The translations under genes and the position numbers were made by a program. The notes below the pieces were generated by a model. It was not told where the DNA came from. It ran no database searches and saw nothing but the letters and a program-made list of their open reading frames with translations. 64,000 nucleotides of DNA from an uncultured Gemmatimonadaceae bacterium (lineage in GTDB: Bacteria > Gemmatimonadota > Gemmatimonadetes > Gemmatimonadales > Gemmatimonadaceae). How positions within the stretch are numbered: the stretch's first letter is position 1; the number at the start of each line of letters is the position of its first letter. The stretch is from positions 32,001 to 96,000 of the forward strand of contig CAVUDW010000001.1 in NCBI GenBank assembly GCA_963740355.1, read 5' to 3'. Below, in pieces: positions 47,642-56,960 of the stretch.

Positions 47642-48967
47642 TCAGCTCTCCTTGGCCAACTGCGGGTTCGCCAACTGCCGGGCAATACCCAGCAAGCGAT
47701 CGTAGGTGTTCACGGTTGGATCGTCGAGGACCTGCTCCAGCAATGCGTGCAAGATCTGCCCCAGCGCCGGGCCGGGCCGCACGCCGGCCTCGCGCAGGTC
47801 ATCGCCACTGACTGCAAGATCGCCGAGCGCAATGGGATCGGTGAAGGCGATCCGCAGCAGCCTTCGCGCAAGCCGCATCACCTGCGGCTGCGTCGGGGCA
47901 TCGAGGCCGGCCGCGCGGCGCGCCGCCCAGACTGCGGCGAAGGCCCGCAGCGTGGCGTGGACGCGTGTCCGACCAATCCGCGCCACGATCCGCCGCACGA
48001 CGACCGGAGGGTTTTCCACGCCGGATGCCAACGAGCCCAGCTCTGCCCCACAGCTACTCCAGGCGTCGGCAAGGGCGCTGGCGTGCGCCGTCTCATGGTT
48101 CGAGGCACGGAGTGCCGTCAGCGCCACCCGCGCACTCTTCGCGTCGAGCGCCATGAACGGCAACGCCAGTCGAGTCAGCGCCCGAAGGGACGCCCGTTCA
48201 GGCCGGACACTCCGCGAGGCCAATGGTACGTGGTCGATGGCCGCGAAGAATTCCGTAGGCACCGACGTCAACGCCGGCACCAACACAGTCAGTGCGCCGG
48301 ATGTGCGCCACTTCGTGAACGCCGCAGATGCGCACCGAACCTGCTCGAGTGTCTTCGTCCATTCCTGCAACACACGCTCGATCGACAGTCGCGTGAGGTG
48401 AGGCGCGCTCGCCTCGATGGCACGCCATGTCTCCGGCTCGATCTCGAAGTCGAAGCGCGCGGCGAACCGGATCGCACGCAATGCGCGAAGCCGATCCTCT
48501 TCCAGCCTGCGCGCGGCGACGCCGACGGCACGAACCTGTCGCGCCTGCAGGTCAGCGCGCCCGCCGAATGGATCGCGCAATTCCTGGCGGGCTGGCGACC
48601 AGGCGATGGCATTGATGGTGAAGTCGCGTCGCGCCAGATCCTCGTCGAGCGACACGCCGAACTTCACGACCGCATGCCGACCATCGGTTTCGACATCGGC
48701 GCGGAAGGTCGTCACCTCGTGCAAACGACCGTCGCGTCCGAACACGCCAATGGTGCCATGCTCGATGCCCACCGGGACGGTCCGGGAAAAGAGCCGCTTC
48801 ACCTCGCCGGGGGTGGCGGCCGTGGCAAGATCCCAATCGAGGTCGGCCCGGCCAAGCAGCGCATCACGCACGGCGCCGCCAACACACCAGGTCTCGAATC
48901 CGGCGGTTTCGAGGCGCGCCGCGATCTCTCCCACCGCGTCCGGCGGCCGAATGACGACGTCGGTCAC
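47642..48967 (-). CDS. cca: Class II CCA tRNA nucleotidyltransferase
   Basis: VGGAVRD, DWDLAT, EVTTFR, DLARRDFTINA, EDRLRALR, SIERV. Confidence 0.9.
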   Translation of the reverse strand: MTDVVIRPPDAVGEIAARLETAGFETWCVGGAVRDALLGRADLDWDLATAATPGEVKRLFSRTVPVGIEHGTIGVFGRDGRLHEVTTFRADVETDGRHAVVKFGVSLDEDLARRDFTINAIAWSPARQELRDPFGGRADLQARQVRAVGVAARRLEEDRLRALRAIRFAARFDFEIEPETWRAIEASAPHLTRLSIERVLQEWTKTLEQVRCASAAFTKWRTSGALTVLVPALTSVPTEFFAAIDHVPLASRSVRPERASLRALTRLALPFMALDAKSARVALTALRASNHETAHASALADAWSSCGAELGSLASGVENPPVVVRRIVARIGRTRVHATLRAFAAVWAARRAAGLDAPTQPQVMRLARRLLRIAFTDPIALGDLAVSGDDLREAGVRPGPALGQILHALLEQVLDDPTVNTYDRLLGIARQLANPQLAKES

Positions 48968-49062
48968 GGGCGGCGCTCCGCCACGCCACGCGGCTCAGGC
49001 GCGCGGAGTGGTGACCAGCAGCAGGAAAGCCACGAAATCGTGGGCGACGCGCCGAGACTCAT
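48964..49062 (-). CDS. Candidate 32-aa leader ORF coupled to cca
   Basis: TAGCTT 6 nt before ATG 49062; MSLGASPTISWLSCCWSPLRAPEPRGVAERRP; TGA overlaps the cca GTG. Confidence 0.35.
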   Translation of the reverse strand: MSLGASPTISWLSCCWSPLRAPEPRGVAERRP

Positions 49063-49103
49063 TCCGTAAAGCTAACGGCCCCGGACCGATTACATTTCCA
49101 GAC

Positions 49104-49538
49104 ATGACGTTTGCAGAATTTGACTCCCTGTTGGCTGCCTCGCGTGCGACGCCGGAATTTCGCGCCGACCTCGAAGCATTTGCCTCGCGCCTCTCCGCAC
49201 CGCGGATCCAGCCGTCACCCAGCAATCCTCGGGTGAAAGTGCTTCGGACCATCGCGCAGCTGTTGCACGCGGAGCCAGAACTCGCGGTCGACCGGGTTGA
49301 ATTTCGCGCCGCCAGCGGCTGCGCCGATTTCGCCGGTGTGGTGACGGTCACCGATGCGGAAGGCGAGGTATACGCCTTCGATTTCGAGTGGAATTGCGAG
49401 TGGAAGGCCCGCCAGCTCGGCTATCTCGACGGCTTCGGGTTCCCCGACCAGATTCGCGCGGCGGAAGAATTCGGGTGGCAGTGCTTCGAGCGCTGGACGC
49501 GCCGGGCAGGCGCCGCTACGTCGTCGCACGCCGCCTAG
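49104..49538 (+). CDS. Hypothetical protein (leaderless-type promoter)
   Basis: TACATT 7 nt before ATG; globular-looking sequence (SGCADF.G, WNCEWKA, GFPDQIRAA). Confidence 0.75.
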   Translation: MTFAEFDSLLAASRATPEFRADLEAFASRLSAPRIQPSPSNPRVKVLRTIAQLLHAEPELAVDRVEFRAASGCADFAGVVTVTDAEGEVYAFDFEWNCEWKARQLGYLDGFGFPDQIRAAEEFGWQCFERWTRRAGAATSSHAA

Positions 49539-49553
49539 TCCCTTCTCCGGGGC

Positions 49554-50525
49554 TTACGCTCCGGAGAACACCGCGTGCAACGCGTCACCCGTCAGTCCAG
49601 CGCCAACGGCCAGCATTAGATCGATCCTGGCCTGGGTCGGTCGCTGCGTCCCCGCGAAAATCGTCCCGAGCTCGCCCAGACGACGGCCACCACCAGGATA
49701 GCCGTAAGTCTGCCCCACCCGCCCCCGGCCGGTTCGGCTGGTGATCACCACCGGCTTGTCGGCATCGCGCCAGCGGGCGATCGCGTCGGCCATCAGCGGT
49801 GGAACGTTGCCCCGCCCGAGCGCCGAGATGACCACGCCGCGCGCCGTCGGCAGCACTGCGTCCAGCAAGCGGGCGTCGGCACCGGCCCACGCGCCGATGA
49901 TGTCGATCGGGGTGGCCGGGAATTCAGGCTCGAGAATGGCCCGCTGCGCCGGCAGCGCCCGCCGGAACAACACGCCTTCGTCATCGACCTCGGCGACCGG
50001 CCCAAGTCCGGGGCTTTCGAACGCATCGAGCACGTGCGTGTGTGCCTTGGTGACATCGATCGCCGAATAGGCGCGGCCGTTCATCACCAGGAACACGCCA
50101 TAGTCGCGCGCATCGGGGTGCGCGGCGACACGTACGGCGTCGACCAGGTTCGATGGCCCATCCCATCCCAGCTCGCTCAAATTGCGCATCGCACCGGTGA
50201 ACACGATCGGCTTGCTCGTTCGAACCGAACGCGCGACGAGATACGCCGTCTCCTCGATCGTGTCGGTGCCGTGCGTCACCACGACGCCATCCACGGCAGG
50301 TTCCGCCACAAGCTCGAGCAGGCGTGCACGCAGCGCCCACATCCGATCGACATCCATGTGAGGACCGGGAAACCGTCCCCATTCCTCGACTCGCAACTCC
50401 GCCACCTCCTCGATGCCGCGCGCCGCGCTGAGGATGTCCCGCGCGTCCAGCGCCGGAAGCGCACCGCCAGCGAGCGGATCGACGCGCATCGAGATCGTCC
50501 CACCGGTGAACACCATTGCGATCAC
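49554..50525 (-). CDS. L-asparaginase
   Basis: TGGTISM, THGTDTIEETA, VFTGAMR, DG..NL, TK.HT, G.GNVP. Confidence 0.93.
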   Translation of the reverse strand: MIAMVFTGGTISMRVDPLAGGALPALDARDILSAARGIEEVAELRVEEWGRFPGPHMDVDRMWALRARLLELVAEPAVDGVVVTHGTDTIEETAYLVARSVRTSKPIVFTGAMRNLSELGWDGPSNLVDAVRVAAHPDARDYGVFLVMNGRAYSAIDVTKAHTHVLDAFESPGLGPVAEVDDEGVLFRRALPAQRAILEPEFPATPIDIIGAWAGADARLLDAVLPTARGVVISALGRGNVPPLMADAIARWRDADKPVVITSRTGRGRVGQTYGYPGGGRRLGELGTIFAGTQRPTQARIDLMLAVGAGLTGDALHAVFSGA

Positions 50526-50562
50526 GACCGGCACTCCGCGTGGGTGCTGCCCGGACGTGGCC

Positions 50563-51318
50563 TCAGCCGCACAACACACTACCACCGTTGATGTTCAGAA
50601 TCTCGCCGGTGATGTGTCGCGCCAACGGGCTGGCGAGGAATACGATCGGGCCCGCGATGTCGGCCGGTGACGCGATGCGGCCGAGGGGAATGTTGGCCGC
50701 GACACGCACGGCCTCATCACCGAAGACCACGGGCGTGATGGCCTCGGTATCGACCCAACCCGGTGCCACAGCGTTCACGTTCACCTGCCGCGGCGCGAGT
50801 TCGATCGCGATCGACTTGACCATCGAAATCATCGCGCCCTTCGCTGACGCGTAGTCCGCGTGGAACGCCTCGCCGCGTTGCCCGGCCGTGCTGGAGACGA
50901 AGATGATCTTGCCGCCATCCGTGACACTGCGCGCGGCGGCGCGAGCACACTGGAACATCGCGCCGTAGTTCTGCGCCGCCGTTTCGTTCCACCGCGCATC
51001 ACTCATCGTGGCGATCGGTTCTGGCGTGGTGGGCCAGAACCCTGCATTCGCCACCATGATGTCGATCGCACCGAGCGTGGCCGTTGCCGCGATGCAGAGC
51101 GCATCTGCGCCGCCCTTCTGCGACAGGTCAGCAGCAATGGCGGCGGCACGCACGCCGTACGACAGACATTCGAGCGCCACCGATTCGGCCTCGGCACGCC
51201 GCGATCGAAACCCGATCACGACATCGGCCCCGGCACGTGCGAACAACACGGCGGATGCCGCACCAATGCCTCGTCCACCGCCGGTGATCACGACACGTCG
51301 TCCCTTGAGGTCGATCAC
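50563..51318 (-). CDS. Short-chain dehydrogenase/reductase
   Basis: TGGGRGIG, SSTAGQRGEA, YASAKG, VAPGWVDT, NINGG. Confidence 0.92.
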   Translation of the reverse strand: MIDLKGRRVVITGGGRGIGAASAVLFARAGADVVIGFRSRRAEAESVALECLSYGVRAAAIAADLSQKGGADALCIAATATLGAIDIMVANAGFWPTTPEPIATMSDARWNETAAQNYGAMFQCARAAARSVTDGGKIIFVSSTAGQRGEAFHADYASAKGAMISMVKSIAIELAPRQVNVNAVAPGWVDTEAITPVVFGDEAVRVAANIPLGRIASPADIAGPIVFLASPLARHITGEILNINGGSVLCG

Positions 51319-51885
51319 AGTGTGGCCTCGATCAGGTCGCAGATGGCATGTTCGATGTTCAGGTGAAGCTCCTGCGCACGATCGGTGCGCTGTGTCGGGA
51401 TGACGACGGAATGATCGGCGGCGGCCAGCAATGCCCCGCCATCGCGTGCGCTGAACGCCAGCACCTGCACTCCATTGGTGCGCGCCGCGGCTGCGGCGAG
51501 CAGCACGTTCGGCGAGTTGCCACTGGTCGAGTGAATGATCAACAAGTCACCCGCGCGGCAGAGCGCCTGCACCTGCCGCTCGAAGATGTGATCGAACCCA
51601 AAATCATTGCCTGCCGCGGTGATCAGCGAGGTGTCGGTCGTCAGCGCCACCGCAGGATACGCGGCCCTGTTGCGCGTGTACCGAACGATGTACTCGGTGG
51701 CAAGATGCTGGGCATCGGCCGCGCTACCGCCGTTGCCGCAGAAGAACAGGGTGCCGCCGCGAGCGACAGTCGTCCTGTACCATGCTCGCCGCGCGGTCGA
51801 GCTGCGGTCCGATCGTCTCGGCGGTCCGCAGCGCCGTCTCGGCGAGTTCGCGCAATGCGTTGGTGATATGGTCGACCCGTGACAT
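51315..51885 (-). pseudogene. gmhA: D-sedoheptulose-7-phosphate isomerase with one extra base (frameshift near 51770-51776; pseudogene or sequencing error)
   Basis: 5' frame MSRVDHITNAL..AASMVQ switches to the frame encoding TVARGGTLFFCGNGGSAADAQH..ALTTD..GND..STSGNS..QELH; span 571 nt = 190 codons + 1. Confidence 0.85.
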
Positions 51886-51892
51886 CTGCCTC

Positions 51893-52678
51893 TCAGGCAA
51901 TTGGGGTGTTCGGCGATGGCGTTGCACGCCGCAGGCCTACCAGCTCCCGCAGCCGCGAAAACATTCCCTTCTCGAGCCGTACCGGTGGCACTGGCACCAG
52001 CCGCTGGTCACTCAACAACGCACCCGGATTGACCGTGGTGAGGAGGTGAGATGCATCCGCGGCGCCGATCTCGATCAACCACTCGTGGGCCGCCCACAAC
52101 GACCGCTGGTCGCCGTGATTGTCGCTCGCAAGAATGTCGATCAGGCCTTCCTGGAGCATGCCACGCGCCAGCACCGAGCGTTCACCTTCGCCCAGCAGAT
52201 AGGCAGTGTCGGTCTGGATCACGGCCCCCGCTTCGCGCCAGCTGCGAATGAGATCGAGTGACGCGCCGCCGTAGCGCTCCGGATGCGCGAGTACCGGTAT
52301 CGCGCCGCTCTGTCGCAGCCGCGCCAGTTCGAGTTCCGTGCCCGACGGCAGCGTTCCACGCGGGAACTCGACGAGAATGGCGCTCGACGCGCCAAGCCGC
52401 AGGTGCAGGCTGGTGAGGTCGATGCCCGGATGATCGAGCATGATCTCCCAGCCTCGCTGCAGCGTGATTCCCGGTGGCGCCGCCTCGCACAACTCCCGAT
52501 GCAAGCGACGGTACTTGTCGGTCGGCATGCGATCGGCCTCGCTGGCGGCGAGGTGCGGTGTGCACACCACGCAGGTGACACCCGACGCAGCAAATCGCTC
52601 GAGGACTTCGAGCGACTGCTCCAGCGTTCGGGAGCCATCATCAACGCCCGGCAGGAGGTGCGTGTGTATGTCGATCAT
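51893..52678 (-). CDS. CpsB/CapC PHP-family protein-tyrosine phosphatase
   Basis: IDIHTHLLPGVDDG, TPH, LVEF, AHPERY, ASDNH. Confidence 0.92.
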   Translation of the reverse strand: MIDIHTHLLPGVDDGSRTLEQSLEVLERFAASGVTCVVCTPHLAASEADRMPTDKYRRLHRELCEAAPPGITLQRGWEIMLDHPGIDLTSLHLRLGASSAILVEFPRGTLPSGTELELARLRQSGAIPVLAHPERYGGASLDLIRSWREAGAVIQTDTAYLLGEGERSVLARGMLQEGLIDILASDNHGDQRSLWAAHEWLIEIGAADASHLLTTVNPGALLSDQRLVPVPPVRLEKGMFSRLRELVGLRRATPSPNTPIA

Positions 52679-52699
52679 CGCACGCGTCGACCAATACGC

Positions 52700-53029
52700 T
52701 CAGCGGGAGCGCGCATCCACGACCGCAGAGATCGCGCGCATCGCGTCAGCGGCGCGTGCATCGAGTGTTGACGGATCGTCAGCAGCAGCCTCGAATGCAT
52801 ACGTCACCAGCGCATCTGCCGTCAGCAGGTCGAGCGCCGCATCACGCTGCGTCGACCCGCTGCCAATGATGTTGGCAAGCAGCGCCTGTCCGGCTTCCAG
52901 CAATGCTGGCGCCACGGCGACATCCGGCCGCGCGTCTTCAGCGTTGAGAATGCCGTCCAGTCGCGCCCGCAACGCCACCGGCGGTTGCTCGGCGTGTGCC
53001 GCGACCCATTCCCCTGCTGGTGTAGCCAT
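52700..53029 (-). CDS. Hypothetical protein
   Basis: GGAG SD; in operon after alaS; ALDLLTADALVTYAFEAAA helix. Confidence 0.75.
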   Translation of the reverse strand: MATPAGEWVAAHAEQPPVALRARLDGILNAEDARPDVAVAPALLEAGQALLANIIGSGSTQRDAALDLLTADALVTYAFEAAADDPSTLDARAADAMRAISAVVDARSR

Positions 53030-53065
53030 GCGCGCTCCTTGAAGGCAATTCCGATCGACCGCTAC

Positions 53066-55819
53066 TCACGCACCAAGTGCCGACGCGACCACCCGAGCCA
53101 CTGCTTCGAGCACGGCTGCGACGGCATCTGCACTCGGCAATCCGGCCTGCGCCATGTGCGGCTTCCCGCCCCCGCGCCCACCACCGATGGCAGCCAACTC
53201 CTTCACCAGCGCGTCGGCGCCAACACCACGCGCGCGAACGTCATCGGTGACCGTGACGACCATCGCCGACTTCCCGTCCTCGAACCTGGCCGCCACGACA
53301 CCGATGCCGTTCGTGCCGAGCTGGTCGCGCATGGCATCACCGAGGGCAAGCAGCGCCTTCATGTCGGGAATGCCCGACACCTCGCCGCTCGCGACCTTCA
53401 CGCCGCCGATCGTCGCGGCCTTGCCGAGCAGGTCCGCCAAACCACCGCCGCCACCCTTCATCGCGTCCGCGAGACGCTTCTCGAGAGCCTTCCGGTCGTC
53501 CAGCAACGATTGGACCTTCTTCGGCACCGCATCGACCGGGGCCTTGAGGAGTTCCGCAGCCTCATGCAACAACGTCTCGCGCGAGCGCATGAACGCGAAC
53601 GCCGCACGCGCCGTCAACCCTTCGACACGCCGCACGCCCGCGGCAACGCCCGTCTCATGCACGAACACGAACACACCGATTTCGGCGGTGTTGCGCACGT
53701 GGGTGCCACCACACAATTCCTTCGAGAACGGGCCGATACCAACCACGCGCACTGTGTCGCCATACTTCTCGTTGAACAGCGCCGTCGCACCATCCGCGAT
53801 TGCGTCGGCGTGTTTCATGATCCGCGTGGCGACCGGCGTCCCCTGCCAGATTTCCCGATTCACGATCGACTCGATCTGCGCGCGCTGTTCAGGCGTCACG
53901 GGGCCGTGATGCGTGAAGTCGAAACGCAGGCGATCTGCACTCACCAGCGAGCCGGCCTGGTGCACATGCTCGCCGAGCACTTGCCGCAGTGCGGCGTGCA
54001 GCAGATGGGTGGCCGTGTGATTGCGCTCGATGTCGCGACGCACAGACGCCGGGACGCTGGCGTGCACGGTTCCAAACGACACGTGCCCGCTCGCCGTCCC
54101 GATCACCGCGGTGCGACCATCGATTTTCTTCACATCCTCGACGTCGAGAATCCAGCCGTCGCCCTTCACCGTGCCGCGATCGGACACCTGGCCGCCAGAC
54201 TCGGCGTAGAACGGCGAATCCCGAAGGATGAGCGCCGTGCGGCCGTCCTCGAGTGGGCGGATCGCGCCGATCGGCGTGGTTGTCTCCAGCACGTCGTAGC
54301 CGACGAACTGCGCCTCGGCGAGCGTGGCGGGCTCCAGCTGCCAGGTCGAGAAATCCGCCAGCACGTCCGCACTGACGCCGAGTTTGCGGCTCTTCCGGTC
54401 TTCCTGTGACTGCGACCGCTGCACTTGCAGTGCGGCGTCAAAGCCAGCGATGTCCACGAGGTAGCCGCGTTCGCGTGCCATCAACTCGGTGAGGTCGATC
54501 GGGAAGCCGTACGTGTCATAGAGCATGAACACGTCCTGCCCGCTCAATGTCCCCCGGATCGCCGTTGACCCCTGCGTGCTGCCAAGCGGTGCGAGTTCCT
54601 CGAAGCGCGTCATACCCGCATCGATCGTGGCGAGGAATCGCACCTCCTCGGCACGCGTAGTGTCCAGGATGTGCTTGGATCGCGCACGAAGCTCGGGGAA
54701 GAAATCACCCATGCTGTCGATCACTGCCTGGACGACATGCACGAGCGTCGGTTCGCGCCGACCCAACAACCAGGCGTGACGCACGCCCCGGCGCAGGATC
54801 CGGCGCAGCACGTACCCGCGGCCGTCATTCGACGGAAAGACTCCATCGGCCAGCAGGAATGCGGTCGCGCGCGCGTGGTCCGCCAACACGCGGAAGCTGG
54901 CCGGATCGATCTGCTTCCCGTTCGCGTCATGCGCCGTACCAACACCAACACCCGGCCGATACGGGTATGTGATCCCGACCGCCGACTCCACCGCACTGAT
55001 GAGTGGTGCAAACACATCGGTGTGGAAGTTGTTGCTGACGCCCTGCATGACTGCCGCAATGCGTTCGAGGCCGGCACCGGTGTCGACACTCGGTGCGGGC
55101 AACGGCAGGTTGGTGCCGTCAGCCTGCTTGTCGAACTGCATGAACACGAGATTCCAGATCTCGACGAACCGACCGGCTTCCGCGCCCTCGACGAACGCGT
55201 CGAGCGAAAACTCAGTGAGGTCGGTGCGTGTCCACTCGCCGGTCGCTCCCTCGGGGAAGGCCCAGTCGGTGGCGCTCTGTGCGAGGTCGACGAAGATCTC
55301 CGTACACGGACCGCAGGGGCCGGTGTCCGCCATCTGCCAGAAGTTGTCCTTCGCGCCCAGCCCGTAAATGCGGCTTTCCGGCACGTTCGCCACGTCCTTC
55401 CAGAGCTGACGGGCTTCGTCATCCTCGTGGTAGACGGTCACGAACAAACGCTCGCGGGGAATCTTCAGCTCTTCGGTGACGAACTCCCAGGCGAACCGGA
55501 TGGCATCGCGCTTGAAGTAGTCACCGAACGAGAAGTTGCCGAGCATCTCGAAGAAGGTGTGGTGCCTGGCGGTGTGGCCAACCTGTTCGAGGTCGTTGTG
55601 CTTCCCGCCGGCGCGCACGCACTTCTGCGATGTGGTGGCCCGCTTGCCGTAGCTGGTCTCCTCATGCCCGAGGAAGACCCGCTTGAACTGCACCATTCCC
55701 GCGTTGGTGAACAGCAGTGTCGGGTCGTCCGCCGGAACGAGCGACGACGACGGGCGGATGACGTGGTGCTGGCGCTCGAAGTAGGCCAGGAATCGGGAAC
55801 GGATCTCAGACGCGAGCAT
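53066..55819 (-). CDS. alaS: Alanine--tRNA ligase
   Basis: DPTLLFTNAGM, HHTFFEMLGNFSFGDYFK, EIWNLVFMQ, HTATH, ELCGGTH, GGRGGG. Confidence 0.98.
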   Translation of the reverse strand: MLASEIRSRFLAYFERQHHVIRPSSSLVPADDPTLLFTNAGMVQFKRVFLGHEETSYGKRATTSQKCVRAGGKHNDLEQVGHTARHHTFFEMLGNFSFGDYFKRDAIRFAWEFVTEELKIPRERLFVTVYHEDDEARQLWKDVANVPESRIYGLGAKDNFWQMADTGPCGPCTEIFVDLAQSATDWAFPEGATGEWTRTDLTEFSLDAFVEGAEAGRFVEIWNLVFMQFDKQADGTNLPLPAPSVDTGAGLERIAAVMQGVSNNFHTDVFAPLISAVESAVGITYPYRPGVGVGTAHDANGKQIDPASFRVLADHARATAFLLADGVFPSNDGRGYVLRRILRRGVRHAWLLGRREPTLVHVVQAVIDSMGDFFPELRARSKHILDTTRAEEVRFLATIDAGMTRFEELAPLGSTQGSTAIRGTLSGQDVFMLYDTYGFPIDLTELMARERGYLVDIAGFDAALQVQRSQSQEDRKSRKLGVSADVLADFSTWQLEPATLAEAQFVGYDVLETTTPIGAIRPLEDGRTALILRDSPFYAESGGQVSDRGTVKGDGWILDVEDVKKIDGRTAVIGTASGHVSFGTVHASVPASVRRDIERNHTATHLLHAALRQVLGEHVHQAGSLVSADRLRFDFTHHGPVTPEQRAQIESIVNREIWQGTPVATRIMKHADAIADGATALFNEKYGDTVRVVGIGPFSKELCGGTHVRNTAEIGVFVFVHETGVAAGVRRVEGLTARAAFAFMRSRETLLHEAAELLKAPVDAVPKKVQSLLDDRKALEKRLADAMKGGGGGLADLLGKAATIGGVKVASGEVSGIPDMKALLALGDAMRDQLGTNGIGVVAARFEDGKSAMVVTVTDDVRARGVGADALVKELAAIGGGRGGGKPHMAQAGLPSADAVAAVLEAVARVVASALGA

Positions 55820-55827
55820 AGTCCCGA

Positions 55828-55833
55828 AATATA
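55828..55833 (-). promoter_or_regulatory. -10 hexamer TATATT of alaS (near-leaderless)
   Basis: TATATT-TCGGGACT-ATG, no SD. Confidence 0.55.
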
Positions 55834-55923
55834 GGCGCCACCGAGGGTTACGGCGACGCTCTGGGGTGCGAGTCTGCCAGCCAGCGCCTCGTGGAGTCGC
55901 TCAGCCGCGGAGGCTGTCAGCGC

Positions 55924-56919
55924 TCACTCCCCGTCGTCGAACTCGTCGTCTGGGTCATCCCCGTCGGCACCGGCATCCGCCATGCTGCCCCACCCCTCCA
56001 TCACGCGTCGGACGGCCGGGAAGATCAGGTCCGCTGAAAAACCGCGGCGCATCAGGAATCCGATCAAACGGCGCTGCGCGGTCGCCTTGTCGAAGCTCCG
56101 CAACTGGCGCGCACGCTTGAGCGCCGTGGCTTCGCAGCGTTCGGCATCGTCGACCCCTTCGCTCTCGACCACGGACGCCACCGCGGCATCCGCGACCTCT
56201 TGTGACACGCCGCGCTGACGCAACCGTCGCTTCACAGCTCCTGTGCTCTTGGCGGCGTTCCGCAACTGCGCTGCGGCCTCAGCGAGGGCGAAATCGTCAT
56301 CATTGAGGAGCCCGATGGAGTCCAACCGGCCCAGTGCATCAGCGATGACCGTCTGGTCCAGTTCGCGCCGGCGCAGCCGCATTTCGAGGTCGCGTCGACT
56401 CCGGCGTGAGGTGGACAGCATGCGCAGTGCGGCATCCTGCGCCGTGACGACCCGCGCCTCGCGCGACAGCGCCGCCCAGCTGACGGTGTCGAGCGTCATG
56501 CCGGTCCGCACGTTGAATGCGCGCACCCCGCTCGACCCGATGACGAGGGTGACACTCTGGCCCAGCGCCTGGCAGCGCACACGCACCCGTCCTTTCACGC
56601 GGGGATCTTCCGCCACGTTCATGACGCGAATGGGCGGCACGAGCACCGGGATCTCCTCGCCACCACGCGGCTTGCGCGCGGACGACCGAGGGCTGGTGAG
56701 CGAGCTGCTGTCGTTGATGTCGCGCGCGTTCGATGTCCGTTTCCGGCTGCCCTGGCTTCCGGGGGCTTTCCGGCGCCTCGGACTTTTCTCGCTATTCGGG
56801 CTGTTCGGGCTCGTGGCGGAGCGAGACGAGGGGGCGGCGTCGGAGGTCGCAGGGTACCGGGCCCCGCGCCGCTTCGACTCCACCCCCTCGTTTTCAGATG
56901 CGTCAGAAATTCGCATCAC
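55924..56919 (-). CDS. recX: Regulatory protein RecX with long low-complexity N-terminal extension (start uncertain)
   Basis: ALRMLS..RSRRDLEMRL, GLLNDDDFA, LRQRGV, RRLIGFLMRRGF; directly downstream of recA. Confidence 0.88.
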   Translation of the reverse strand: MMRISDASENEGVESKRRGARYPATSDAAPSSRSATSPNSPNSEKSPRRRKAPGSQGSRKRTSNARDINDSSSLTSPRSSARKPRGGEEIPVLVPPIRVMNVAEDPRVKGRVRVRCQALGQSVTLVIGSSGVRAFNVRTGMTLDTVSWAALSREARVVTAQDAALRMLSTSRRSRRDLEMRLRRRELDQTVIADALGRLDSIGLLNDDDFALAEAAAQLRNAAKSTGAVKRRLRQRGVSQEVADAAVASVVESEGVDDAERCEATALKRARQLRSFDKATAQRRLIGFLMRRGFSADLIFPAVRRVMEGWGSMADAGADGDDPDDEFDDGE

Positions 56920-56960
56920 ACCGCCGCGGCGCGCACACGTTCGGGCATGCGCGCATGCTG

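Noticed and set aside
51765..51782. Programmed ribosomal frameshift in gmhA
   Set aside because: No slippery sequence or homopolymer tract, and I know of no such recoding for this family
55190..55290. Intein or mobile insertion in alaS
   Set aside because: Only a short loop expansion in a variable region; no intein terminal motifs
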